Counted from the first letter of the stretch, positions 9,004-17,883 are shown. The stretch: DNA of 32,000 nt from Candidatus Electronema halotolerans (GCA_942493095.1 OW818675.1:1-32000); one strand, 5' to 3'. Translations and numbers: made by a program. The notes: generated by a model not told the origin, from the sequence alone.

Positions 9004-10581
9004 ATGCAAACGCAACACATTGCCGTTGTCGGCACCGGCTACTGGGGCAAGAATCTTGTCCGCAACTTTCATAATCTTGGTGCCCTGCGCACGGTCTGCG
9101 ACATCAGCGAGGAAACAGTGCGCCGCTTCATCGAGCAATACCCCGGCACCTTGGGTCTTCATGCCTACAGCGAGGTGCTGGCTGACGAGGCGGTGCAAGG
9201 GGTGGTCTTGGCCACGCCTGCAATTGCTCATGCCGGGCAGGCAAAAGAAGCCCTGCTGGCAGGCAAGGATGTTTATGTTGAAAAGCCTCTCTGCCTGAGC
9301 GAGGAGGAAGGCGCGGAGCTTATTGAACTGGCGGAACAGAAAGGCCGCATTCTGATGGTCGGCCATCTGCTTTGGTATCACGCGGCAGTGCTGCGGCTCA
9401 AGGCTTTGATAGAAGCAGGCGCGCTGGGCCGCATCCAATACATCTACTCCAACCGCCTCAACCTCGGCAAACTGCGGCGGGAGGAGAACGTCCTCTGGTC
9501 TTTTGCCCCGCACGACATTTCCGTCATTCTCGGCCTGCTCGGCGAGATGCCGGAGTTCATCCAAGCCCAAGGCGGCAACTACCTGCACCGCAAAATCGCT
9601 GACAGCACGGTCAGTCTGCTCAATTTTGCCAGCGGGGTGCGGGCGCATATCTTTGTTTCCTGGCTGCATCCGTTCAAGGAGCAGAAATTAGTGGTGGTCG
9701 GCGACCGGAAAATGGCTGTCTTTGACGACACCGCGCCGTGGCCGCAGAAGCTGGCCCTGTATCCGCATTCGGTGGAGTGGTCAGGCAACGTGCCAATGGC
9801 GCACAAGGCTGAGGTGGAATACGTTGCTTTGGAGGAAAGCGAGCCGCTCCGGGCTGAGTGCCAAGCCTTCTTGGCGGCGATTGCCAGCCGCCAGCCGCCT
9901 TATACGGATGGGCGGGAAGGACTGAATGTGCTTAAAGTGCTGAACCGCTGCCAGCAGGCTTTGGAGAGCGGGGCAGCCGTGCCGGTTGAGCCGGGCAAGG
10001 AAGAGAAGAAATTTCAAGCCCATCCCAGTGCGGTGATTGACAAGGGCACGGTCATTGGCCAAGGCACGAGAATCTGGCATTTCAGCCACATTCTCTCTGG
10101 CTCGGAGATTGGCCCGGAATGCAGCATTGGCCAGAACGCGGTCATCGGTCCCAAAGTGCGGGTGGGCAAGGGCTGCAAAATTCAAAACAATGTCTCGATT
10201 TACGAGGGCGTGACCTTGGAGGATCAGGTCTTCTGCGGCCCGTCCATGGTCTTCACCAATGTCTATAACCCGCGCTGCGAATTTCCGCGCAAGAACCAAT
10301 ACCGGCAGACCTTGGTCAAGCGGGGGGCGACGCTGGGGGCCAACTGCACCGTGGTCTGCGGCATCACCATTGGCAGCTACGCCTTTATTGCCGCCGGTGC
10401 GGTGGTGAAAGAGGATGTGCCGGACTTTGCCTTGATGGTCGGCTGCCCGGCCCGGCAGATCGGCTGGATGAGCCGCTTTGGCGAGCAGCTCGACCTGCCC
10501 CTGAGTGGTGAGGGTGAGACCGTCTGCCCGCACACTGGCGAACGGTATCGGCTGCAAGACGGCAGAGTTGCCATTGCGTAA
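9004..10581 (+). CDS. Gfo/Idh/MocA-family oxidoreductase fused to WbpD/WlbB-like left-handed beta-helix N-acyltransferase
   Basis: N-term [22 protein letters not shown]...[15 protein letters not shown]...[13 protein letters not shown]; C-term hexapeptide repeats [49 protein letters not shown]...[15 protein letters not shown]. Confidence 0.88.
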   Translation: MQTQHIAVVGTGYWGKNLVRNFHNLGALRTVCDISEETVRRFIEQYPGTLGLHAYSEVLADEAVQGVVLATPAIAHAGQAKEALLAGKDVYVEKPLCLSEEEGAELIELAEQKGRILMVGHLLWYHAAVLRLKALIEAGALGRIQYIYSNRLNLGKLRREENVLWSFAPHDISVILGLLGEMPEFIQAQGGNYLHRKIADSTVSLLNFASGVRAHIFVSWLHPFKEQKLVVVGDRKMAVFDDTAPWPQKLALYPHSVEWSGNVPMAHKAEVEYVALEESEPLRAECQAFLAAIASRQPPYTDGREGLNVLKVLNRCQQALESGAAVPVEPGKEEKKFQAHPSAVIDKGTVIGQGTRIWHFSHILSGSEIGPECSIGQNAVIGPKVRVGKGCKIQNNVSIYEGVTLEDQVFCGPSMVFTNVYNPRCEFPRKNQYRQTLVKRGATLGANCTVVCGITIGSYAFIAAGAVVKEDVPDFALMVGCPARQIGWMSRFGEQLDLPLSGEGETVCPHTGERYRLQDGRVAIA

Positions 10582-10679
10582 ATGCTGGCTTGCGGTGATG
10601 CCCTGTTGAAGCGTTCAACCATGCCATGCTCCGCGTAATCTGAGACCGGGAAATCAACAGCGTTCCAAGACAAAAGCGA

Positions 10680-12221
10680 TCATATATCCTCCCTGACCAG
10701 AACCAGCTCGACCCGTGGCAGTCGGTATTCATAGGCCCGCTGCGACTCGCCGGGCTGCCGTGGCAGCGGCTGATTGCCGCCTAATCCCAGCGGACGCACC
10801 CGGTTCGGGTCAATATTATGGGTGATTTGAAGATAGCGGCTCACTGCCTCAGCCCGATCCTGCGACAGACGCAAATTCTCATTCGGGTCGCCGCGCAGGC
10901 CGGTGTGGCCTTTGATGACAATGCGGAAGTGCGGATAATGACTGAGCCGCTCCATAGCCGCATCAATGGTCTGCTTGCCAAGGATGTCCAAGGTCGAGGT
11001 GCCCTGCTGGAAGATGATCGGATCAAGCTTCAGGGTGCCCACTTCCTTGAGCGCAGCCCAGCCCGCGCTGTCCAAGGGAGCAAAGGTGGCTGCCGTGCTC
11101 TTGCCGCTCTTGGTGAAGCCGGTGCTGCCCTGAAACAGCTCCTCCAGAAAGCTGCGGTTGGTGAGCCGGTAGGGATTGCCATCAGGGATCGGGCTTGAAG
11201 CAAAGTCGCCCGCATTGACGAGAATGTCAGCCGTGGATTCAATCGCGGCAATAATGCCTTCCTCGCCCATGCCGCCTGTGGCAGTCAGGCCGAACCACTG
11301 CTCGCAGTTGTCCACGAGCGAGAGCCAGTTCACGCCCTTGAGCATGATGCGGGCCTGCTCCTCATCCAAGCCGGTTTCTTCGGTAAGATGGCGGACCAGC
11401 AGGGCTTGATCCTGGCGGTATTTCTTCAGGACCTTGAAATAGGTGTTGAGGAAGAGCTTGACTAACTGGGGATTCTTGTCGGCAAAGTCACGGCGGACAA
11501 GGAGGATGTCAACAATCAGCCGCTCCGTGTCCTCTGTGCCGAGCAGCTTGACAATGCCTTTGTTCTGGAGAGCCTGGGTCACATCCGGCTCCCAGAGCAC
11601 AGCCACATCCGCCTCGCCGGAGAGCAGAACTTTTTTGGCCTGCTCTGAGCCTTTGGTGGCAATGCGCAGCGGGCCGGGCGGCGGATGCAGCTCCGGGACA
11701 TTGAAGTGGTCAGCAGCAGCCTTGGCCAGATGCTCGCTGGGGCTGGCTGAAGTGAAGGCCACCTTGGCATCGAGCTTGCCCTTGAGCGCGTCAAGATTGG
11801 CCACCCGGTCTTTGCGGGCAAGGATGGCATCGCCGCCCTTGGATTCGTCAATGACCGCGACAATCACTGCCGGGTAGCTGAACTGCTTCGCATTGAGCAG
11901 GTACGAATCCACAGTGGCCACAGCAAAATCAAACTCGCCCTCGTCCAAGCGTTTCATGCGGCTCTGATAGTCAGCCTTGTCATCCTCATAAGCCAAGAGC
12001 CAGCCAGCCCGGTGCAGGGCGGTTTTCATCTCTGGCGAGCGGATGGGAAAATAGCCGATCCAATTATCCACAGCAAGGCGGAGCTTGCCTTGAGTTCCGG
12101 CGGCATCGCTGGTCGCCTCCTGCTGGCGGTCAAGCAGCACTGGCAGGAGCAGCCATATCCCGTAGGTGACACCCATGCCGAGCAGGAGCAGGAGCAGGGC
12201 GCCGATCAGTCTGTCCTTCAT
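10680..12221 (-). CDS. Membrane-anchored NMT1/SsuA-like substrate-binding protein fused to C-terminal OmpA domain
   Basis: 513 aa. N-terminal TM; VDNWIGYFPI...FDFAVATVDSYLLNA...DALKGKLDAKVAFTSASPSEHL; C-term FRIVIKGHTGLRGDPNENLRLSQDRAEAVSRYLQ...RVRPLGLGGNQPLPR (OmpA-like). Confidence 0.8.
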   Translation of the reverse strand: MKDRLIGALLLLLLGMGVTYGIWLLLPVLLDRQQEATSDAAGTQGKLRLAVDNWIGYFPIRSPEMKTALHRAGWLLAYEDDKADYQSRMKRLDEGEFDFAVATVDSYLLNAKQFSYPAVIVAVIDESKGGDAILARKDRVANLDALKGKLDAKVAFTSASPSEHLAKAAADHFNVPELHPPPGPLRIATKGSEQAKKVLLSGEADVAVLWEPDVTQALQNKGIVKLLGTEDTERLIVDILLVRRDFADKNPQLVKLFLNTYFKVLKKYRQDQALLVRHLTEETGLDEEQARIMLKGVNWLSLVDNCEQWFGLTATGGMGEEGIIAAIESTADILVNAGDFASSPIPDGNPYRLTNRSFLEELFQGSTGFTKSGKSTAATFAPLDSAGWAALKEVGTLKLDPIIFQQGTSTLDILGKQTIDAAMERLSHYPHFRIVIKGHTGLRGDPNENLRLSQDRAEAVSRYLQITHNIDPNRVRPLGLGGNQPLPRQPGESQRAYEYRLPRVELVLVREDI

Positions 12222-12994
12222 GGCGCAAACGCAGCCGGATCAAAGGTTTCCGCCTCAGCCAAGACATCAGCCAGCCCTTGGCGCAGGGCGGCAGGATTGT
12301 CCGCCGCCTTATAGACCGTGCGGCCCGGCATGTTGAGGCTGTGGTTCGTGCCAATGCAGAAGCCGATGGTGTGCAGCTCCACTGGCGTGTTGTTCAGCAT
12401 CCAGTTGACTTTTGCCGCAGGATCCTGGTTGCCATCGGCCTGCCCGTCCGTGACCACCACCAGCACATAACGGCCATAGCCAAGCTGGCGCGCAGCCTGC
12501 TGTTCCAGATGCGCATAACCGGTGCTGATCGCATCTTTAAGCGGGGTGCCGCCGGAAGCAGAGGCGGACTGAACCGTCTCGGCAAACTGCTGCCGGTTGC
12601 CCGTGCCCAAGGGCACCAGCTCGTAAATCTTGCTGTTGGTGAAGAGGAGCAGGCCAAGGTTGGCATCTGCCGGAACATTGGCGGCAAACTCTTTGAGCGC
12701 ATCCTTGGCTGTTTCAAGTTTGCTTTGCCTGCCAGAACACTGGTTGTCCTGCATGGAGCCGCTGCCGTCCAAGACCACATAGTAATTGGCGGCCAGCAGG
12801 TTCTTGGCCAAATGCACCTCTCCCTGCGGCGCAGGCGGCCAAGCCTTGCCAGCAGAATTCAGTGCATTTGCTGTCTTAGTCGTAGTTGCAGGCAAACTGC
12901 GCTGCTGTTTTTTCGGTGGTGGCGGTGAATCCTTGCAAGCGGTCAATCCGCCGAACAGCAGGACGGCCAGCAAGGTTGCTGCAATGCGTTTCAT
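12218..12994 (-). CDS. VWA-domain lipoprotein
   Basis: Lipobox-like LLFGGLTAC; VWA MIDAS DGSGSMQD (in YYVVLDGSGSMQDN), ADANLGLLLFTN, YGRYVLVVVTDGQADG. ORF is open to 13012; ATG 12994 is preceded by a GGGAGAGA RBS. Confidence 0.85.
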   Translation of the reverse strand: MKRIAATLLAVLLFGGLTACKDSPPPPKKQQRSLPATTTKTANALNSAGKAWPPAPQGEVHLAKNLLAANYYVVLDGSGSMQDNQCSGRQSKLETAKDALKEFAANVPADANLGLLLFTNSKIYELVPLGTGNRQQFAETVQSASASGGTPLKDAISTGYAHLEQQAARQLGYGRYVLVVVTDGQADGNQDPAAKVNWMLNNTPVELHTIGFCIGTNHSLNMPGRTVYKAADNPAALRQGLADVLAEAETFDPAAFAP

Positions 12995-13008
12995 TCTTCT
13001 CTCTCCCT

Positions 13009-14721
13009 TCACAACGGCGTGAAAACAGAAGTTTCAGCCTCAAGCTGGAGGATGCGGAACTCAACCCGCATGTTGTCGCGCCACTCCTGCTCCGTCTTAG
13101 GAGCGCACGGCTCGCTGCCGCAGATGCCGGTCTTGGGCTTGGCAATGCCGTGGCCCACGACGGCGAACTGGCTTTCATCCAAGGTGATGCCCTTGGCCGC
13201 AGCAAAGGCGATGATGCTGTCGCGCACGGCATTGGCCCGCGACAGACTGAGATTCTTGGCTGCCTGCTTGATCTGCTTGAGCACCATCTCGGTGGCATTG
13301 TTCTTCTTTGCCTTGAGATATCCAAGCGGGTCAGAATGCCCTTCAATGGTGATCACTGCGCCGCCGTAGGTGCTGGCCAGCTCAATCACCTTGCTGAAGG
13401 CATCCGCATACAGGTCCGCAGCGAACTGGTTCTGATTGGGCTGGAAAAAGACCTCAAAGGAGAACAGCTCGCCTTGGCTCAGGGTGCCCTGCTGCTGCTT
13501 GCGCTGGATCACGCCTGCCACCTTGGCAGTGTCAAACTTGGGCACAGCCACGCCCGCTATATTGCTCAGACCTTGTTTCAGGGTATTGTAATCAAAACTC
13601 GCCGCTGCAAACGGAGTCTGCTTGCCGAGCAGGCCGAGCGTGACAAAGGCGCTTTGAATCTGCTTCTGGAGCTTGTCGAAGTTGCGCGGATAGTTCTTGT
13701 CAGTGAAGAACTTGACATTGCCGGGAAAGCCGACAAATTCGCAGTCTGCATGGAGCGATTCCGCATCAGCAGTCGCTGCCGGACTGTCGAGCAGTATCTG
13801 GGCTGAAGCCTTGATCATGGCGGTGTAGTCCTTCATCCGGCTGCTCTTGTCTTTGAACAAGGCGGTGAGCTGCTCCTCGCCCTGCATCAGGCCGTTGACA
13901 AACTGCTCCACCTCGCTGCGATGGGCCTTGAAGTAATCAGAACGCACAGCATAGACATCAGCAATGACCCGGTTGGCGGTTTTGGTGGAAAGCATGATCT
14001 CCGCCCCTTTGACCGAGCCTTCCGCGCCTGTGCCGACCGTGCCGCCAGAGGTCAGGGCCAGTCCGTCCGGGATGATCATCATGGCCGCGTCAATGCCCTG
14101 ATCGCGGAAGGCCTCTGCCGGAGTCTCATCCGTGCCGGTCAAATCCTTGACCCATTTGATGGTCACATCCTTCATGGTCAGCCCGGCATCGGCGAGCACT
14201 GTGGCCAGATAATCAGCATGCGGGCCGTAGGCTTGCAGGGCCACGGTCTTGCCTTTCAGGTCCTTGGCCGTCTTGATGCCCGGCTTGACCACCAGACAGT
14301 CGCCGCCGTTTGACCACGTGAGCTGATAAATAATCACTGGCGCGGTGCGCGGGTCACGGGCAAGCACCTCGGCGGCCATGCCGACCATGCCGAGCGTGCC
14401 GCGCAGATAGGGTGTTTCGCCGCGCAGGTAGGCTTCGACCTGCTTTTTAAAGTCATCCTCGCGCACCAGGTGCAGATTCAGCCCTTTTTTGGCAAAAATG
14501 CTGCCCGGCGCAGTCTTGACCGCATTGCCGTTGGCAAGGATGGTGGCTTCGTCGCCGCCCCACGTGATGAGCGGCACTTGCACCGCCGCTCCTGCTTTAA
14601 CCTCTCCAGCCGGAGCAGTGATGACCTTGGCCAATGGCGGCGATTCAACATACTGCACGGCTTGGGCCGCAGTGCCGCAGAGCGCAAGGCAGATGCAGAG
14701 CAACTGCGCAATTTTTTTCAT
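13009..14721 (-). CDS. Secreted NMT1-like substrate-binding protein fused to C-terminal OmpA domain
   Basis: Signal peptide MKKIAQLLCICLALCGTAAQA; TAKDLKGKTVALQAYGPHADYLATVLADAGL; C-term VITIEGHSDPLGYLKAK...SLSRANAVRDSIIAFAAAKG...FAVVGHGIAKP. Upstream ORF extension to 14892 runs into the 23-bp array and is unlikely to be coding. Confidence 0.82.
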   Translation of the reverse strand: MKKIAQLLCICLALCGTAAQAVQYVESPPLAKVITAPAGEVKAGAAVQVPLITWGGDEATILANGNAVKTAPGSIFAKKGLNLHLVREDDFKKQVEAYLRGETPYLRGTLGMVGMAAEVLARDPRTAPVIIYQLTWSNGGDCLVVKPGIKTAKDLKGKTVALQAYGPHADYLATVLADAGLTMKDVTIKWVKDLTGTDETPAEAFRDQGIDAAMMIIPDGLALTSGGTVGTGAEGSVKGAEIMLSTKTANRVIADVYAVRSDYFKAHRSEVEQFVNGLMQGEEQLTALFKDKSSRMKDYTAMIKASAQILLDSPAATADAESLHADCEFVGFPGNVKFFTDKNYPRNFDKLQKQIQSAFVTLGLLGKQTPFAAASFDYNTLKQGLSNIAGVAVPKFDTAKVAGVIQRKQQQGTLSQGELFSFEVFFQPNQNQFAADLYADAFSKVIELASTYGGAVITIEGHSDPLGYLKAKKNNATEMVLKQIKQAAKNLSLSRANAVRDSIIAFAAAKGITLDESQFAVVGHGIAKPKTGICGSEPCAPKTEQEWRDNMRVEFRILQLEAETSVFTPL

Positions 14722-14836
14722 GATAAAATCTCCCTTGAGTTGGATGCAGGTGCATTCCCAGTTTTGGGCAGCTTCGCATGAATGACAGAGTATGTCAAGT
14801 TTTTTATAAGAGGAATTGCGAGTTTGGGCAACCGGT

Positions 14837-15081
14837 TCATGCCCATAGTCCAGAAAGTTCCATGCACATGAACCGGAGCGTTCCATGCACATACACCCGA
14901 CTCGTCCATGTGCTTAGGCGAGGTTCATCTATGTGCTTATGCGAGACCCATCTATGTACATAGTTCTGATTCCCCCATGCACATAGATGCCGGACGACCA
15001 TGTGCATGGATGAAAAAGTTCCATGCACGGTGGTCGGTTTTCCCATTGTGCGCATGGAGGGGCGGTTCATGAACCGCCCCT
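14837..15081. repeat. Phase-locked 23-bp interspersed array (about 11 unit positions) with palindrome-like CYATGYRCAT core and variable 13-bp linkers
   Basis: Cores at 14837 TCATGCCCAT, 14860 CCATGCACAT, 14883 CCATGCACAT, 14906 CCATGTGCTT, 14929 CTATGTGCTT, 14952 CTATGTACAT, 14975 CCATGCACAT, 14998 CCATGTGCAT, 15021 CCATGCACGG, 15044 (degenerate), 15067 TCATGAACCG; all at exact 23-bp intervals. Confidence 0.85.
15058..15081. repeat. Perfect 24-bp palindrome AGGGGCGGTTCATGAACCGCCCCT (REP-like or terminator-like)
   Basis: Self-complementary along its full length. Overlaps the NACHT-gene stop codon (15080-15082) and forms the right boundary of the 23-bp array. No T-tract on either side. Confidence 0.9.
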
Positions 15082-17692
15082 ACGCCTCCTTCTTTTCCAG
15101 GATGGTGCCGGTGAGAATAGCGTCATCTAAGATCGCTCCCTCTAAATTGGCCCCTTCAAGGTTTGCGTCGCGCAAATTCGCATAAATAAGGACTGCGCCT
15201 TTGAGATTCGCTCCTGTAAGGTTGGCATCTTGCAAATTGGCTCCAAAAATATCCGCCTTTTCAAGATGCACGCCTTGCAAGTTTGCTTTTGCAAGAATTG
15301 AAAAATGCAACTTTGCGCCTTCAAGACGAGACATGGCAAAATTTGCACCCGCAAAATTCTGCACTGCAAGATGATAGCCGGATAAATCTAAGTATCCCAA
15401 CCAGCCTGCACGAGCACGCGGTCCACTCACCCGCCTAAACCATTCCCCGAAGGCTTGAGCAGACTCCAGCTCCAGCCTCGAAACCTGCTTAGTCAGCTCC
15501 GCGATATGAAAATGCACGGCCAGAAACGTTTCTTCCGCATTCCGGGCCAAGCGCAGGTGCTCCTTAAAGCCTTTGCCCAAGAAGGCATCAGGAAAAGGCA
15601 GGCCCTGATTGATGGTGTAACTGAGCAGCCCGCGCACCATGCCCTGCAAATTTTTCAGATCCTCTTTCTGCATCGCCCGGAACTCGTTGCTGATAAAGCG
15701 CAGCAGGTCATAATCCATATACGTGATGGCACAAAAGCCGGTCCAGTGCTGCAAAGCCTCCTTGTCTGACCAGCCGTCATCCGGGTCTTCCTGCCGCCGT
15801 CTGCGCTGCTTCTCCATCTGCCGCAAAACCCGGACAATGCGCAGGGCTGTCAGGTATTCGCCGAAGCTCTTATGGGTGAACTCAAAGGTCGGGTCGCCGT
15901 CCTGGCGGCTGTCGCTCTGCCGGAAATAAAAGGCGGTGAGCAGGCGGGTCACGCCCGCTTTGGCCCCTTCTTGGAATCGCTCCAGATAGCGTTCAATGCC
16001 GCCGGACTTGCACTTTGCCCGAATCCCGGCAACCGTGGCCGTGCGTCCGTCACCATGCCAGACCGCCAGCGCGATTTCTTCTAATACCCGGATGAAGTCT
16101 TTCTCCTCCAGCCCGCCCGTGCAAGTACTCACCCGTCCGCCGTCTTCGTACTGACGGCAATAGACCGCCCGGATAAGGTCGGCATAGATTTGATTCAGGG
16201 TGGTCTCATCGGTAAACTCGATGGTCTTGCGGTCATAGCTTAACGCGACCAAGTAATTCAGGAGCGGCTGGGCCGTGATCTCAGCCAGATGCTGCCGCGC
16301 CAGTTCATCAGGCAGGCCCGCATAGCCTTTGCCCGCAGCCGTGCCGTACCGTTGCCACCAGTCCTGCCGCTGATCACGCTCAAGCAGCTTGGCCGGGTCT
16401 TCGTATTGCTTCCGCTCCTCTTCCGCAACAAAATAGGGCAGAACGTGAGTTATCTGCTTATGCTTCCGCAGCTTCGTCTCCACCGACTGAACAGCGATAG
16501 TCCGCCCGGTGATAATGACCTGCCATTGTTTATCATAGCCGTTGTATTCCCGGATGCTATTCAACACCTCGTCGATAAAGTTATTGGCTACTTCCGAGGC
16601 CGCCTTGCCTTGCTGGGCCAGTTCGTCCAAACCGTCAAAGATGAGCAGGAGCCGGTTTTTACCCTTCTTGGCATCAAGCGGATTGCTGGGCAGAAATGGT
16701 TTTTTCCTGACATAGCTCTCCATTGCATCGATCAGGTCGCCCGTAGCATCAAAACGATGCAGGGGAATGTACAGGCAGGGAATCTTGCCTTCTGCGGCTG
16801 TCTTGGCGGCGAATATCTTGGCAAAGGTCGATTTTCCTGAACCCGGCCCGCCACTGATAAAGCGCACTGCTTGAGCAGCGGTGAAGTTGTTCAGCCAGCT
16901 GCGGAACTCGCTTTCCAGATCAACCACAATCCGTTTGGCCCTATCCCGCTGCGGCGCAATCTCCGGGCTGCTGCCCTCGTCCCGCTCCTTTTCCTCGTAA
17001 TAGGCCCGCAGCGGCACATAGACCTTTTCGACACCGAATGCCTCGGCAAACATCCGGTCGCTGATCTGCCGTTGCAGCCATTGCTTGTAGAGCTGCCAGC
17101 TCCGCACTTCTTCTGTGGCACTGGTGAACGGACTGTCGAAATACTGGGTCAGGGCGGCATAGTCATTCGGTGCCTTGCGCCATGTTTCATGCAGGGCAAA
17201 GACAAAATAATCCGGCAGACGAGAGGCTATCTGTTCCGCATCAACAGCACTGGCACCCAAGCCTTGCAGCCAAGCAGATAACGGAACTTGCAATTCCTTC
17301 AGCAGAGGCAGGTCGCCGGGCCGGTTGAAGAAATCAAGGCTGATTGTTACGTCCGCCTTGCCCATTTCTTCTTCAAAGCGGGCGGAAAGCGTTTCCAGCT
17401 CCGCTTCTTCCGGGCGATTGCGGAACAAATCACGGTTGTTCTTCACCAACTCTGCTAAGGCGGCGAACAGTGCGCGGGAAATGAGCTGCCAAGCCAGCTC
17501 TTCGGGTTTCTTGCTCACGCCAAGGGCGGCAAGGGCATCCACGGCAGCCGAGCCAACGTCGCTCCAGTCTTGGCACACACCCTCGACAACCATTTTGCCA
17601 AGACTGACAAAGAATTTCCTTGGTTCAACCTTGATTGCTTTGTTCCAAGCAGAAACCGGTTTGCTGATGTTCAGCTCATTGGTGGAAGTCAT
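15080..17692 (-). CDS. NACHT/STAND NTPase with alpha-helical N-terminal region and C-terminal pentapeptide repeats; candidate defence/signalling protein
   Basis: Walker A FISGGPGSGKSTFAKIFA, Walker B RLLLIFDGLDELAQQ, QVIITGRT; C-term FAGANFAMSRLEGAKL...KANLQGVHLEKADIFGANLQDANLTGANLKGAVLIYANLRDANLEGANLEGAIL. Confidence 0.88.
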   Translation of the reverse strand: MTSTNELNISKPVSAWNKAIKVEPRKFFVSLGKMVVEGVCQDWSDVGSAAVDALAALGVSKKPEELAWQLISRALFAALAELVKNNRDLFRNRPEEAELETLSARFEEEMGKADVTISLDFFNRPGDLPLLKELQVPLSAWLQGLGASAVDAEQIASRLPDYFVFALHETWRKAPNDYAALTQYFDSPFTSATEEVRSWQLYKQWLQRQISDRMFAEAFGVEKVYVPLRAYYEEKERDEGSSPEIAPQRDRAKRIVVDLESEFRSWLNNFTAAQAVRFISGGPGSGKSTFAKIFAAKTAAEGKIPCLYIPLHRFDATGDLIDAMESYVRKKPFLPSNPLDAKKGKNRLLLIFDGLDELAQQGKAASEVANNFIDEVLNSIREYNGYDKQWQVIITGRTIAVQSVETKLRKHKQITHVLPYFVAEEERKQYEDPAKLLERDQRQDWWQRYGTAAGKGYAGLPDELARQHLAEITAQPLLNYLVALSYDRKTIEFTDETTLNQIYADLIRAVYCRQYEDGGRVSTCTGGLEEKDFIRVLEEIALAVWHGDGRTATVAGIRAKCKSGGIERYLERFQEGAKAGVTRLLTAFYFRQSDSRQDGDPTFEFTHKSFGEYLTALRIVRVLRQMEKQRRRRQEDPDDGWSDKEALQHWTGFCAITYMDYDLLRFISNEFRAMQKEDLKNLQGMVRGLLSYTINQGLPFPDAFLGKGFKEHLRLARNAEETFLAVHFHIAELTKQVSRLELESAQAFGEWFRRVSGPRARAGWLGYLDLSGYHLAVQNFAGANFAMSRLEGAKLHFSILAKANLQGVHLEKADIFGANLQDANLTGANLKGAVLIYANLRDANLEGANLEGAILDDAILTGTILEKKEA

Positions 17693-17843
17693 TGTGAAAG
17701 AAGAGAAGTTGGAGTTGCGCAGTTGATTATTCGTGCCGCCATGTTACTCTGTTTTTCTCGGGAGGAGGGAGAAAAGGACGGAAGAGCTTTTGAAGAACGA
17801 CCTTGGTGGTTTCTGTGCGGATTCAGTGACGAGTTGAGTATAA

Positions 17844-17873
17844 TTCCCACGCCCTTGCCTTTGAGCGTGGGAA
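17844..17873 (-). terminator. Hairpin downstream of hcp, possible transcription terminator
   Basis: TTCCCACGC-CCTTGCCTTTGA-GCGTGGGAA: 9-bp perfect arms, 12-nt loop, just 3' of the hcp stop. Only a weak T-rich tail on the minus strand. Confidence 0.45.
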
Positions 17874-17883
17874 CAGATTCTTC

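Noticed and set aside
9781-10557. 258-aa minus-strand ORF opposite the oxidoreductase/acyltransferase gene
   Set aside because: Lies wholly antisense to a clearly conserved coding sequence; the translation lacks recognisable motifs and is explained by GC-rich codon bias opening the antisense frame.
10605-10619. GTTGAA-GCG-TTCAAC hairpin between the convergent genes ending at 10581 and 10680
   Set aside because: Only a 6-bp stem without T-tract; could contribute to termination but is too weak to call.
12278-13806. Plus-strand ORFs of 216 aa (12278-12928) and 306 aa (12886-13806)
   Set aside because: Antisense to the VWA lipoprotein and the SBP-OmpA gene, both of which show strong domain motifs and signal peptides on the minus strand.
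14778-15070. Small ORFs (MNDRVCQVFYKRN..., MNRPSMRTMGK...) in the 23-bp array region
   Set aside because: The 23-bp period is not a multiple of three, so the ORFs are incidental readings of the repeat; no RBS or conserved protein features.
14837-15081. CRISPR array interpretation of the 23-bp array
   Set aside because: The unit is only a 10-bp degenerate core plus a 13-bp linker, below any CRISPR repeat/spacer length, and no cas genes are present in the window.
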